Shown: positions 38,238 through 49,011, numbered from the stretch's first letter. The stretch: DNA of 64,000 nt from Candidatus Latescibacterota bacterium (GCA_965116885.1 OZ220741.1:4576001-4640000); one strand, 5' to 3'. The notes: a model not told the origin generated them from the letters alone. Made by a program: numbers and translations.

Positions 38238-40185
38238 GCCCTTGTAATTGCTTCTTCCCCTTTTCAACCTCTTCCACCGCCGACACAATCCCCTCAATAA
38301 ATTCATCTGCAATATCGTCTTTCTGCTTTTGCTGCTGTTCGTAGAGCAAGCGATAGACCTCGCTCTCTTCTATCAAATCGTCGTGGCCTCCCCAGCCCGC
38401 CATACGACCGTTGTCCAGCACCAGAATGCGATCCGCCCGCATCGCCGTAGAAATCCTGTGCGTAATCACAAACGTCGTGCGCCCCTCCATCAAATGATCC
38501 AGCGTCTCTTGAATCTTCGCCTCTGTCTTTGCATCCAGCGCAGAAGTCGTATCGTCCAAAATCAGAATACTGGGATCGGTGACAACAGCCATCGCAAAAG
38601 CCAGACGCTGTTTTTGCCCGCCCGATAAATTGGTACCGCGCTCCTCAACCGGCGCTTCGTATTTCTCTGGCAGCGTCATAATAAAATCGTGCAACTCAGC
38701 CGCCTGGGCCGCAGCCATTATCTGCTCGGGCGTGGTACTGGCCTGACCGTAGCGAATATTATCGGCAATCGTCCCGGAAAACAGAACGGGTTCCTGGGGC
38801 ACCATGCTAATATGCTGTCGCAATGAAGAAATTTTGACATCTTGTATATCGTAATCGTCCAGAATAATTTTCCCCTCTGTGGGTTCATAAAGACGCATCA
38901 ACAAACTCACCAGCGTACTCTTACCCGACCCCGAAGGCCCAACCACAGCCACCGAAGTACCCGGTCGCACGACAAACTTGAGATCTCGCAAAACGTAATC
39001 ACCCGCCTCTGTATAGCGAAACGACACATCGCGAAACGACACGCGCCCGCGCACTTTGTCGAGGGTCTTCGCATCTTCCCTATCCCGAATAATCACCTCT
39101 TCATCCAGCACCTCAAACACGCGACTGATCACCACCAGCATCTGTTGCAACGTAGCATTCACATTGGCAAGAGCAACCAGTGGCGAAAAAAGATTCCCCA
39201 TCGACATACTAAAATAAACCAATTCTCCAACCGTCATCATACCGCCGCGAACCTGCAACGCGCCAAAATAAAAGATCAGGCCCATTGCAATCCCCCCCAC
39301 AACCGAACAGACTGCCCCCAGGCCAGAACTCAAAACAGACTGTTTGACGCCCAAACGGTACAACCCGATCAGACGCCTGAAAAAGTCCCGAAACTCCCGT
39401 CTTTCTCGTGCATAAGACAGGATGAGACGAATCCCCTTTGAGCGTTCTTCCAACAGCGCAGAAACCTCGGCATAATCCTCTCGAAACCGCATAAAAACAT
39501 TTGCTATCGGACGCTGGAACACCTTATAGGTCACGACGTACGCGGGCAATGCAACAAAAGCCATCAGCGCGAGCTCGACATCAATCGTAAACAGAATCGC
39601 CGTACCCATCAAAATGCGCGCAACATGCCGCAGCGTCTCTACAAATGTCGTCGTAATTTCGCTCTGCAACAAACCCACATCATCCACAATCCGCGACATA
39701 ATCCGCCCGGTTTGCTGCCGATCAAAAAATGTCATCTGCAACTGCTGTACCTTCTCGTGCAGAGCCAGGCGAATCCGGAAAACAATCCGCTGTCCCACAT
39801 AGGCGATGCTATACGTATAAAACCAGTTGAGCGTGGCAAAAAACGATCTCACGACCAGATAGAGAATGAAAATCCACCCCAACCATTCCAATTTTTCCGT
39901 ACGCGTCTTGGGCAGCATGATGCCACCTTCTTTGCCCAGCCCCGGAATCGTTGCCTGTGGGTCGCGCTTTGGGCGACTCTCCTCCTGAATCAAAGACTGC
40001 ATATGTGCCTCTGAAACGACTTCGCCTGCAGGCTTGAGTTGCAAGACTTCGTCAACTGTAATTTTTGAAATAAACCCGAGCAAAAACGTATAGGACGACG
40101 TAATAGTGGCCATCATAATGACCATCAACATACGCCCCCAATACGGCTTAATATATAAAAGGATAAATCGCTTTAAGTTTTCCAT
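38206..40185 (-). CDS. Heterodimeric ABC exporter subunit (degenerate Walker B)
   Basis: TM domain + GPSGSGKST, LSGGQKQR, ILILDDTTS (catalytic Glu replaced by Asp). Confidence 0.92.
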   Translation of the reverse strand: MENLKRFILLYIKPYWGRMLMVIMMATITSSYTFLLGFISKITVDEVLQLKPAGEVVSEAHMQSLIQEESRPKRDPQATIPGLGKEGGIMLPKTRTEKLEWLGWIFILYLVVRSFFATLNWFYTYSIAYVGQRIVFRIRLALHEKVQQLQMTFFDRQQTGRIMSRIVDDVGLLQSEITTTFVETLRHVARILMGTAILFTIDVELALMAFVALPAYVVTYKVFQRPIANVFMRFREDYAEVSALLEERSKGIRLILSYARERREFRDFFRRLIGLYRLGVKQSVLSSGLGAVCSVVGGIAMGLIFYFGALQVRGGMMTVGELVYFSMSMGNLFSPLVALANVNATLQQMLVVISRVFEVLDEEVIIRDREDAKTLDKVRGRVSFRDVSFRYTEAGDYVLRDLKFVVRPGTSVAVVGPSGSGKSTLVSLLMRLYEPTEGKIILDDYDIQDVKISSLRQHISMVPQEPVLFSGTIADNIRYGQASTTPEQIMAAAQAAELHDFIMTLPEKYEAPVEERGTNLSGGQKQRLAFAMAVVTDPSILILDDTTSALDAKTEAKIQETLDHLMEGRTTFVITHRISTAMRADRILVLDNGRMAGWGGHDDLIEESEVYRLLYEQQQKQKDDIADEFIEGIVSAVEEVEKGKKQLQGHPQMDADRRR

Positions 40186-40189
40186 AACC

Positions 40190-41965
40190 TCAACTCGCCA
40201 TAGCCTCTACAGCCTCTTCAATAGAACCCGCAGCCTGCTGTTCGTAAAGCTGGCGATACCTTCCATCGGGTATTTGCAACAATTCGCTGTGCGTCCCCTG
40301 TTCAATAATCTCGCCGTGATCCATCACAACAATAATATCTGCATTGACAATCGTCGATAATCGGTGTGCAATCGCAAAGGATGTGCGCCCCTTTAACACC
40401 CTGGTCATCGCCTTTTGTATCAGAGCTTCCGATAAAGAATCGAGCGAAGAGGTCGCCTCGTCGAGAATCAAAACCGCCGGATCGGTCAGCACGGCTCTTG
40501 CAATGGCAAGGCGCTGCTTTTCTCCCACAGACAGTTTAATGCCATCTTTTCCCAACATCGAATCATAACCCTCGGGTGTACGCATAATAAACTCGTGAAT
40601 CTCGGCAATGCGCGCCGCCTCGATCAACTCGGCATCTGTGGCATCTGCGCGACCATATAGTAAATTCTCCCGAATCGTACCATCAAACATCACCGAATCT
40701 TGCAACACCTGGCCGATCTGTGTACGCAGGGTTCGCAACTTCACATCTCTCAAATCGTGGCCATCAATTGTAATACACCCTTCCTTCACATCGTAAAAGC
40801 GCATCAACAAACTCGTCAACGTCGTCTTGCCGCATCCCGTATGCCCCACCAGCGCCACCATCTGCCCTGGCTGCACCTCGAGGTTGATACCCTTCAAAAC
40901 AGGCTCATCCTCTTTGTACTCAAAATGCACATCTTCAAATTTAATATGTCCTTTTATCGGCGGCAATTCGACGGCATCTTCCTTGTCCGCAATCTCTATT
41001 GGAAAATCTAAAATTTCCAACACGCGATCCACAGACACCATCACGGCTTGAAGACGCATGGCAATTTGCGTGAGATTGAGAACTGGCTGAAACATCCGGC
41101 TCGAATAAGAAAAAAAGGCCATCACAGCCCCATAAGTCATTTCACCCTCAATCACGTAATAACAGCCCAAACAAAAAATCACCGTATTGCGAAGTCCCGA
41201 CACGCCCCAGGAGCCAGCCATATAGCCAGCGCGATTTGTGGCAGTCTGCATCGCCGCATCCAAACTCTGGTGCGTATCTTCCGCAAATGCGCGGTGTTCT
41301 CTGCGCTCTCGGCCATAAGATTTTACCAGTTGCACCCCGGATAACCGCTCTTGTAGTCCAACCGACACCTGATCCATTTTTCTACGCCAGAGACTGAACG
41401 ACTCTCTCATTGGCGTGCGCCACCCGTAATAATTAAAAAAATACAGGGGCATCAGCAAAAGCAGCAGACACGCCATCTTCCAATTCAAACCCATGCACAG
41501 CGCAAGCGCCACCCAGAACGACACAAAATCGACAAGAATGCCCAGCATACGCGATGTCACCATACTGCGCACACTCGCAATATCAGACATAATGCGCGAC
41601 ATAATTTTGCCCGTACCCATCTCGTCGTAAAAGCGCATGGGCAATTTCAACATGTATTCATACGTGAACCTCCGCATACTCGTCGTTATCCCCCACCCCA
41701 CATAAGCATTGGTAAATGAGACCCAAACGCGCATCGCAGCGGACATGATAGGCAGACAAATCGAAATAAACAGAAGCACTTCCAGCAACTGCCAGTTGCC
41801 CAGGGTAATGACATCATCGATGATAAACTTCATCACCAGAGGAGGCAACATGCTCAGTGCCGTCATTGTCGCCGTCAGGCACACCAGCAAGATCAGGCGC
41901 GATTTAAAAGGCGTGACAAAATGCGCGAGCTTGCGCAACTTGTCGGTATTGCTCTCATCTGCCAT
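40190..41965 (-). CDS. Heterodimeric ABC exporter subunit (degenerate signature)
   Basis: TM domain + GHTGCGKTT, LSVGEKQR, ILDEATS, IAHRLST. Confidence 0.93.
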   Translation of the reverse strand: MADESNTDKLRKLAHFVTPFKSRLILLVCLTATMTALSMLPPLVMKFIIDDVITLGNWQLLEVLLFISICLPIMSAAMRVWVSFTNAYVGWGITTSMRRFTYEYMLKLPMRFYDEMGTGKIMSRIMSDIASVRSMVTSRMLGILVDFVSFWVALALCMGLNWKMACLLLLLMPLYFFNYYGWRTPMRESFSLWRRKMDQVSVGLQERLSGVQLVKSYGRERREHRAFAEDTHQSLDAAMQTATNRAGYMAGSWGVSGLRNTVIFCLGCYYVIEGEMTYGAVMAFFSYSSRMFQPVLNLTQIAMRLQAVMVSVDRVLEILDFPIEIADKEDAVELPPIKGHIKFEDVHFEYKEDEPVLKGINLEVQPGQMVALVGHTGCGKTTLTSLLMRFYDVKEGCITIDGHDLRDVKLRTLRTQIGQVLQDSVMFDGTIRENLLYGRADATDAELIEAARIAEIHEFIMRTPEGYDSMLGKDGIKLSVGEKQRLAIARAVLTDPAVLILDEATSSLDSLSEALIQKAMTRVLKGRTSFAIAHRLSTIVNADIIVVMDHGEIIEQGTHSELLQIPDGRYRQLYEQQAAGSIEEAVEAMAS

Positions 41966-42140
41966 ATCGATCTCATCTCAAAAATAAGTTGCAGATTTTG
42001 GGATCTCGACACTTCTTTATTTTTTCATCTTTGGGCAAACATAAATAATATTTAAGAACAGATATAAAAATATAAAGATACCTTTTAATTTAATCAAGCC
42101 CATCTCATCCGATGACGCATCTTCTACCACTGGTTGAGCT

Positions 42141-43424
42141 ATGAAAAATCTCGCAACAATGACCATCGCGCAAATTCGCGCCCACATCAAATCTATCAAT
42201 CGCCCTGGCGAAGCATACCTCCGCGCACTCGAGCAGGACCCTCGCGCTGGTGTTCGCGCAATCGCAGAACAGGTGAGAAAAAAGCAAAAAGCACAGGCAC
42301 GTGAAAAAGCGCGCCTCGAACAAATGCTCACCATAGAAAAAAAACTCAGAGAACGGGGCATCCAGCACATTGCAGGCGTAGATGAAGCCGGACGAGGTCC
42401 CCTCGCGGGTCCCGTTGTCGCCGCCGCGGTTATCCTCCCGCCAGATACACTCATCCCCGGCTTGAACGACTCCAAAGCACTATCGGAAAAACGCAGAGCA
42501 GAACTTTTTGAAACCATTCACAATACAGCCCTTGCCATTGGCGTAGGCAAAGCGTCTCCGCAAGAGATAGACAAATACAACATCCGCAACGCCACCCACC
42601 ATGCCATGTGCGAGGCACTCGCCGCCCTCAACATCTCGCCCGACCGCGTGCTCATCGACGGCAATGCCCTCCCGGGTAGTCCATTTCCCGAACAAGCGGT
42701 CATAGGCGGTGACCGGACCTCTCTTTCTATCGCCGCCGCGTCTGTCATCGCCAAAGTAACGCGCGATCGCCTGATGATCGATTACCACGCGCAATACCCC
42801 GCTTACGGCTTTGCCGGTCACAAGGGATACGGTAGCGCCGATCACCTCGCCGCCTTGCAAAAACACGGCCCCTGTCCTATCCACCGCCAATCTTTCCGGG
42901 GTGTCTTTGAAGCCAGGAGCTCTGAAGACTTTAAAATTTTTGCCGAAGGCATTCGCGCAGCGATGAACCTCGACCAACTTCAAGCCATAGGAAAAACCAT
43001 TGCCAGTGCCAGCAAACATATCCCCCAGGATGAGGTACAGGCCCTGCGCAGGCTATTTCGCAAACAACGCACCCGCTTGCAACAATCCGGTCCAAAAGGC
43101 GAACAATTGGCAGAAAAATTTATAAAACAAAAGGGATACGATATTCGCGCGCGCGGATTTCGCGCTCTGGGCGGTGAAATTGACCTCATTGCGGTGAAAA
43201 ACGACGTGCTGATCTTTGTCGAAGTCAAAACCGCGACCACTACACATTTTGGGCAACCAGAGACCCGGGTAACACCAGCCAAACAAGCGCAAATCATCAA
43301 AATCGCAAAAGCTTACCTGACACAACACCCCGATCACGCGGCACCGCGATTTGACGTCATTGCCGTTGACCTGACACAACCGCGCCCTACCATCCGCCAC
43401 TACGAAAACGCTTTTACGGCTTAG
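42141..43424 (+). CDS. rnhB: Ribonuclease HII fused to YraN (UPF0102) PD-(D/E)XK domain
   Basis: AGVDEAGRGPLAGPVVAAAV, DSK, DGN, SIAAASVIAKVTRD, HKGY; then GEQLA...GEIDLIA...FVEVK...RFDVIAV in one frame. Confidence 0.93.
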   Translation: MKNLATMTIAQIRAHIKSINRPGEAYLRALEQDPRAGVRAIAEQVRKKQKAQAREKARLEQMLTIEKKLRERGIQHIAGVDEAGRGPLAGPVVAAAVILPPDTLIPGLNDSKALSEKRRAELFETIHNTALAIGVGKASPQEIDKYNIRNATHHAMCEALAALNISPDRVLIDGNALPGSPFPEQAVIGGDRTSLSIAAASVIAKVTRDRLMIDYHAQYPAYGFAGHKGYGSADHLAALQKHGPCPIHRQSFRGVFEARSSEDFKIFAEGIRAAMNLDQLQAIGKTIASASKHIPQDEVQALRRLFRKQRTRLQQSGPKGEQLAEKFIKQKGYDIRARGFRALGGEIDLIAVKNDVLIFVEVKTATTTHFGQPETRVTPAKQAQIIKIAKAYLTQHPDHAAPRFDVIAVDLTQPRPTIRHYENAFTA

Positions 43425-43453
43425 ACCAATACCCAAATTTCCCCTCTTAAACC

Positions 43454-43482
43454 TTGACAATACCACCTCTTACCTTTATTTT
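43454..43482 (+). promoter_or_regulatory. Probable sigma70 promoter for hisS-aspS
   Basis: TTGACA-17 bp-TATTTT. Confidence 0.55.
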
Positions 43483-43524
43483 TGCCTTCTCTTATAAAAA
43501 ATAATCCGCAATGGATATACACCC

Positions 43525-44817
43525 ATGCCCCAGTTAATTCCCAAGGTAAAAGGCACCCGAGATTTTTATCCCGAAGATTGGGCCTACCAGAAGTGGCTCT
43601 GCGAGAAATTTATCGGCGTTGGCAATCTCTTTGGATATAGAGAATACGAAAGCACAATACTCGAATACATGGCCCTTTACCTGGGCAAAAGCAGCGAAGA
43701 AATCGTCACACAGCAGACATTCACGCTATCTGATCGAGACGATAAACAACTCGTCCTGCGCCCAGAACTCACCCCCACACTCGCGCGCATGGTCGCCCAA
43801 AAAGAAGGCGAACTCACCTTCCCCATTCGCTGGCAATCATACGGTCGGTTTTTTCGCTATGAGCGCCCTCAACGCGGACGCGGGCGTTCCTTTTTTCAAT
43901 GGAATATCGACGCCCTCGGCAGCGATAGCTATCTGGCTGATGCCGAAATAATCACCATAGCTTGCACGCTATTCAAACATCTCGGTCTCAGTAACGAACA
44001 CGCCACTATTAGAGTCAACGACCGACAGGCCCTTGAAATTTTAATTGCCAAAAAACTGACCTTATCGCCCGAGGATATCAAACCTGTTTTTGGGGCTATT
44101 GACCGCATAGACAAAATGCCCGAGGAAAAATTCCGCACCTATCTGGCCAATGATCTGAATCTCAGTGCAGGTCAAATCGACACCCTCTACGAAATCCTCC
44201 ACACGACGGACCTGACATTTTCCCCCTGGCTTCAGCACATTTTTGAGCAACTCGATCAAAATGGTGTTATAGACCTCGTAGAACTCGACCTCAAAATCGT
44301 GCGAGGTTTTGACTATTACACGCGCACAGTATTTGAAGCATGGGCCAAAACCTCGCTGCGCCGCGCCCTCTTTGGAGGTGGTCGTTACGACAATCTCACA
44401 CGGCAAGTAGGCGGCAAGCACCAGGTACCCGGCGTGGGATTTGCAGTTGGCGATATGGCCATCACCGAATTACTCAAAGAAATAGACACTTATCCCCAAC
44501 TCGAAACGCCCGGTGCCCGCGTATTCGTTACGGTATTCTCCGAAGACCTGCTCACCCAATCGTCTTCTTTTGCCGAAAAACTGCGCCAGGAGGGTATCGC
44601 AACAGAACTTCACCTTATTCCGGGACAGCGTCTCGACAGACAATTCAAATATGCGGATCGCCAAAATATACCCTTTGCAGCGGTTATTGGACCAGACGAG
44701 GCGTCTGCAAATACCATCGTAATCAAAGACCTCAAAGCGCGCGCGCAACAAATTTTTTCACAAAACGACCTATACGCGATAAAAAAAACGCTTAAAAACG
44801 GAATTACCCAAGCGTAG
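43525..44817 (+). CDS. hisS: Histidine--tRNA ligase
   Basis: KGTRDF, LRPELT, FRYERPQRGR, RGFDYYT, GGGRYD. Confidence 0.97.
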   Translation: MPQLIPKVKGTRDFYPEDWAYQKWLCEKFIGVGNLFGYREYESTILEYMALYLGKSSEEIVTQQTFTLSDRDDKQLVLRPELTPTLARMVAQKEGELTFPIRWQSYGRFFRYERPQRGRGRSFFQWNIDALGSDSYLADAEIITIACTLFKHLGLSNEHATIRVNDRQALEILIAKKLTLSPEDIKPVFGAIDRIDKMPEEKFRTYLANDLNLSAGQIDTLYEILHTTDLTFSPWLQHIFEQLDQNGVIDLVELDLKIVRGFDYYTRTVFEAWAKTSLRRALFGGGRYDNLTRQVGGKHQVPGVGFAVGDMAITELLKEIDTYPQLETPGARVFVTVFSEDLLTQSSSFAEKLRQEGIATELHLIPGQRLDRQFKYADRQNIPFAAVIGPDEASANTIVIKDLKARAQQIFSQNDLYAIKKTLKNGITQA

Positions 44818-44826
44818 GAGACAGCC

Positions 44827-46602
44827 ATGTCAGAGTCGCTCGGCGACTGGAAACGCACGCACAACTGCGGCGAATTGCGCATCGAAAATGTAGGCGAAGA
44901 AGTCTGCCTGATGGGGTGGGTTGGCAAAAGACGCGACCACGGAGGCGTCATATTTGTCGATTTGCGCGACCGTCACGGCATCACCCAGGTGGTCTTTCGT
45001 CCCGATCTCGAATCAGAGACACACGCCATTGCCGAAAAAATTCGCAACGAATTTGTCCTGGCAATTAAAGGCAGAGTTGAACCCCGCCCAGAAGGCATGA
45101 CAAATCCCAAATTGCCCACTGGCGCCATTGACATCGAATGTTCAGACCTGCGCTTGCTCAGCGAAGCGGACACACCACCATTTGCCATAGAACCCGAAAT
45201 CGATGTCAACGAAGAACTGCGTCTGCGCTATCGCTATCTCGACCTGCGCCGTCCCGATATGCAACAAGCCGTGTTCCTGAGACATAATGCTGCACAGGAG
45301 ACGCGCAAATATCTGATTGGTCAAAGCTTTCTCGAAATCGAAACCCCCTTCCTCATGAAAAGCACGCCCGAAGGCGCAAGAGATTATCTCGTTCCTTCTC
45401 GCGTTCAAAGAGGGAGCTTCTATGCCCTGCCCCAGTCGCCTCAAACCTACAAACAGTTGCTCATGATCGCCGGTTATGATCGCTACTTTCAAATCGTACG
45501 CTGCTTCCGCGATGAAGACCTGCGGGGCGACCGCCAGCCCGAGTTTACCCAAATAGACATTGAAATGGCATTTGTCACAGAAACCGATGTCATGCAACTC
45601 GCAGAAGGGCTTACGCGGCACCTGTTTGAGCATGTCATAGGCTTTGATATCCCCACTACCATACCACAAATGACCTACCGAGAGGCGATTGATCGCTTTG
45701 GCACCGATCGCCCGGATACGCGCTTTGGCCTCGAAATTGTCGATATTGCAAAAGCTGCCCTTGCTTCGGAATTCCGGGTCTTTAGATCTGTAATTGATTC
45801 CGGTGGGCAAGTTCGCGCCATTAATGCTAAAGGATGCGCAAACTACTCGCGCAAACAAATCGATGACCTCACGGCTTTTGTTGCAAATCACGGTGCTAAG
45901 GGACTCGCCTGGATAAAAGTGACCGACCAGGGTCTCGAATCATCAATCGTCAAGTTCTTCCCGGATCAAGCCCAACAAATGCTAAGGGAATCACTCGACG
46001 CCCAGGCAGGAGACCTGCTTTTATTTGTCGCTGACCAACCCGCAGTCGTCGCAAACGCACTGGGCAATCTGCGCTTAGAACTCGCGCGACAACAAGACCT
46101 CATGGAGACTGGTGACTTTAGTTTTTTATGGGTGACGCAGTTCCCTCTCCTCGAATTTGATGACGTTGAAAAACGCTACGTCGCCTGTCACCACCCCTTC
46201 ACGTCCCCCCTGGAAGCAGACCTCGGTGAACTTGAAACAGCCCCGGGTGATGTTCGCGCCAGAGCTTATGATCTCGTTCTCAATGGCAACGAAATCGCTG
46301 GCGGAAGTATTCGTATCCACCACAGAGAAACTCAGGAGCGCGTGTTTCGCATGTTGGGGATATCCGAAAGTGAATCACGGGAAAAATTTGGCTTCTTACT
46401 CGACGCCTTTCGATACGGCGCGCCTCCTCATGGCGGTATTGCGTTTGGATACGATCGCCTGGTCGCCCTCATGGCTGGCAAAGCGTTTATCCGCGATGTC
46501 ATTCCATTTCCAAAAACCAATACAGCAGCATCGCTCATGGATGGTGCACCATCTATAGTAGATCCCGCCCAACTCCGCGAACTCGGTTTGCGATTATTGT
46601 AA
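44827..46602 (+). CDS. aspS: Aspartate--tRNA ligase
   Basis: RDHGG, TPEGARDYLVPSR, LPQSPQ, FRDEDLRGDRQPEFTQID, GAPPHGGIAFG. Confidence 0.98.
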   Translation: MSESLGDWKRTHNCGELRIENVGEEVCLMGWVGKRRDHGGVIFVDLRDRHGITQVVFRPDLESETHAIAEKIRNEFVLAIKGRVEPRPEGMTNPKLPTGAIDIECSDLRLLSEADTPPFAIEPEIDVNEELRLRYRYLDLRRPDMQQAVFLRHNAAQETRKYLIGQSFLEIETPFLMKSTPEGARDYLVPSRVQRGSFYALPQSPQTYKQLLMIAGYDRYFQIVRCFRDEDLRGDRQPEFTQIDIEMAFVTETDVMQLAEGLTRHLFEHVIGFDIPTTIPQMTYREAIDRFGTDRPDTRFGLEIVDIAKAALASEFRVFRSVIDSGGQVRAINAKGCANYSRKQIDDLTAFVANHGAKGLAWIKVTDQGLESSIVKFFPDQAQQMLRESLDAQAGDLLLFVADQPAVVANALGNLRLELARQQDLMETGDFSFLWVTQFPLLEFDDVEKRYVACHHPFTSPLEADLGELETAPGDVRARAYDLVLNGNEIAGGSIRIHHRETQERVFRMLGISESESREKFGFLLDAFRYGAPPHGGIAFGYDRLVALMAGKAFIRDVIPFPKTNTAASLMDGAPSIVDPAQLRELGLRLL

Positions 46603-46759
46603 TCACATGGGGCCCATAACACATTCAAAACTTTTTCTTGACTTTCTGTATTTTATGTAGTACTTTGTCTAAAAGTTGTATTACCGGATTTTTTGTTTTT
46701 ATTTTAAGTCTTGATAATTTAAATACTTACGCTAATATCCCTGAGGAGGCAGTTGGGTT

Positions 46760-47005
46760 ATGAAAAGACTGAAAAAAGCGGCAGGTTGTGGTCTATTACT
46801 CGTTCTGTTATCTGGATGTTGCACGCCAATGGCCTCAAGATCGCAACTCCAAATGCTTGAAGAAGCGCGTAAAGCCGCAGAATCGGCCGAAGCCGACCTC
46901 GCAGCCTGTAAGCAACACCGAGCCGAGTTGGAGCGCCAATTGGCACAGAAAAAACAGGTTCTGGCCGAGTGGCAAAATATCTTAAGTCAGTGCAACAGGT
47001 CTTGA
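46760..47005 (+). CDS. Small coiled-coil lipoprotein
   Basis: Signal peptide with lipobox LLSGC, then Ala/Glu/Gln-rich heptads; GAGGAGG RBS. Confidence 0.75.
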   Translation: MKRLKKAAGCGLLLVLLSGCCTPMASRSQLQMLEEARKAAESAEADLAACKQHRAELERQLAQKKQVLAEWQNILSQCNRS

Positions 47006-47043
47006 GCCAGTAATTTTTTGGTGTGTGGAAAGGAGTTGGTCGG

Positions 47044-47886
47044 ATGACAGGTTTGAAGCTTTTCGGGTTCTTTCTCGTTTGTTGCGCAGTCACCCTTTTG
47101 GTTTTCCCTCAAAAGGGAATTGCCCAAATGGAAATGACCTATGATGAATACAGGATGAAACTTACAGAACAGGAGCAACGGCTTGCAGAACTCAAAAAGT
47201 CTTTGCTTGAATGCCAAACAGCATCTAATGACCTTTCGAACCAGATTTCGAGCCTGGATACCCAGATTGGTGAAATCAAACAGCAAGTCTATAGTCTTGT
47301 TGAGTCCAATGAAGCAGGGGTCAATGAATATATACAAGAACTCGGCCGCATTGAAGGCCGCCTCATGGGCTTGCGCAGCCTGGCAGATGATGCGCTTTTT
47401 GAAGTTCGAGATGAAATTGATCAAATAGAAGCCCGCGTATCAGAGCTTAAAGCAGACAAAAGAGCCTGTTTGCCAGCCGCACAGGCAAAACTGGCGAGTA
47501 TTGATCAATTACTCGAGCAAGTCAAAGCGCGTATGCCTCGCAAGCGCATTCGACAATATTCGGTTGTCAGAGGCGATAATCTCTGGAGAATCGCCAAAAA
47601 AGACGATATTTACGGCGATCCTTATCTCTGGCCCCGTATCTATGTTGAAAACCGGGATAAAATTAAACATCCCGATATAATTTATCCCAAGTGGGTTCTC
47701 AATATTCCCTTTGGCGTCGATATCAATCAACATCTCGTAATGAGTGGCGAAAATCTCTCGTCCATTGCTGGCAAGGTGTACAATGATGTCACAAAATGGA
47801 ATCGGATCTACCAGGCCAACAAAACACAGATCTTTGACCCGAGTATGATTTTCCCTGCTCAAGTGTTCGATATTCCGGCAAACTGA
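47044..47886 (+). CDS. Exported coiled-coil protein with two LysM domains
   Basis: Signal peptide, long coiled coil, YSVVRGDNLWRIA...IYP and HLVMSGENLSSIA...IFP. Confidence 0.9.
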   Translation: MTGLKLFGFFLVCCAVTLLVFPQKGIAQMEMTYDEYRMKLTEQEQRLAELKKSLLECQTASNDLSNQISSLDTQIGEIKQQVYSLVESNEAGVNEYIQELGRIEGRLMGLRSLADDALFEVRDEIDQIEARVSELKADKRACLPAAQAKLASIDQLLEQVKARMPRKRIRQYSVVRGDNLWRIAKKDDIYGDPYLWPRIYVENRDKIKHPDIIYPKWVLNIPFGVDINQHLVMSGENLSSIAGKVYNDVTKWNRIYQANKTQIFDPSMIFPAQVFDIPAN

Positions 47887-47970
47887 CCTCAACCCTTTCG
47901 ATCCCAGAATTTGGATCTTTCATAAATCCAATGGAAGGTTCATCTATAAACCTCTAACTCTAAAATAGAA

Positions 47971-48014
47971 CTCTCATTCCCGTAGTCTGTTTGGGAATGA
48001 GAGTTTTCTTTTTT
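47971..48014 (+). terminator. Hairpin/terminator (REP-like) before phoH
   Basis: CTCTCATTCCC-loop-GGGAATGAGAG followed by a T-rich tract. Confidence 0.65.
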
Positions 48015-48027
48015 AAATACTCAAATC

Positions 48028-49011
48028 GTGGAAAATAGAGAACTCTCCCATAGACTATCGTTGCGCGGTGTTGACCTCCTGTCGTTATACGGTCACAACG
48101 ATGCAAATTTGCTCGCCCTTGAAGACCGCTATGGCGTGCGTTTAACCGCCCGCGGTGATCAGCTAAATGTCCAGGGACCACAACACAAAGTTCAACACGT
48201 CTCTGGTCTATTAGAAGAAATGATTTCGTGCCTTCGGCGCGGCGATCAGTTTGACCCTCTGCACCTGCTTGCGCCACCGCCGGAAAATTGTGAATCTGAA
48301 ATTGGCGAATACGCAAAGCCCATTCTTTCAACACCCAAAATTCTCATTCGCCCTCGCTCCCGGACCCAGGTTACTTACTCGGCAGCTATAGAAAACCACG
48401 ACATTGTTTTTGGCATTGGGCCTGCGGGCACGGGAAAGACTTATCTGGCAGTCGCAGCGGCTGTTGCTGCACTAAAAAGCAAACACATATCCAGAATTAT
48501 TCTGACGCGGCCAGCCGTAGAAGCTGGCGAAACTCTGGGATTTCTTCCGGGAGATATACAGGATAAAGTCGATCCCTATTTGCGCCCTCTCTACGATGCA
48601 CTGCGCGACATGTTACCCGATACACAATTGCAACACCTTATGGAAATGCGCACCCTTGAAATTGCACCGCTTGCATTTATGAGAGGACGCACCCTGAATA
48701 ACGCTTTTGTCATTCTCGACGAAGCTCAGAATACCACCGTCAACCAGATGAAGATGTTTCTTACCCGCCTGGGCAACAATGCCAAGGCTGTGATTACAGG
48801 TGATATAACACAAATAGACCTGCCACCGGGTATTCAATCTGGACTTATACACGTCCAACACATCTTGTCGCATATAGAAGCCATAAAATTTATCAGTTTT
48901 TCGGAAAAAGATGTCGTAAGACACGCATTGGTCCAGCAAATCATAACAGCCTATGAGCAAAGCGAACATGCCCGTGAACCAGACGCAGAAGAGGCTCTGC
49001 CAAGACCATGA
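48028..49011 (+). CDS. phoH: PhoH family ATPase (YbeZ-like)
   Basis: GPAGTGKTYLA, RPAVEAGE.LGFLPGD, MRGRTL, LDEAQN. Confidence 0.96.
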   Translation: MENRELSHRLSLRGVDLLSLYGHNDANLLALEDRYGVRLTARGDQLNVQGPQHKVQHVSGLLEEMISCLRRGDQFDPLHLLAPPPENCESEIGEYAKPILSTPKILIRPRSRTQVTYSAAIENHDIVFGIGPAGTGKTYLAVAAAVAALKSKHISRIILTRPAVEAGETLGFLPGDIQDKVDPYLRPLYDALRDMLPDTQLQHLMEMRTLEIAPLAFMRGRTLNNAFVILDEAQNTTVNQMKMFLTRLGNNAKAVITGDITQIDLPPGIQSGLIHVQHILSHIEAIKFISFSEKDVVRHALVQQIITAYEQSEHAREPDAEEALPRP

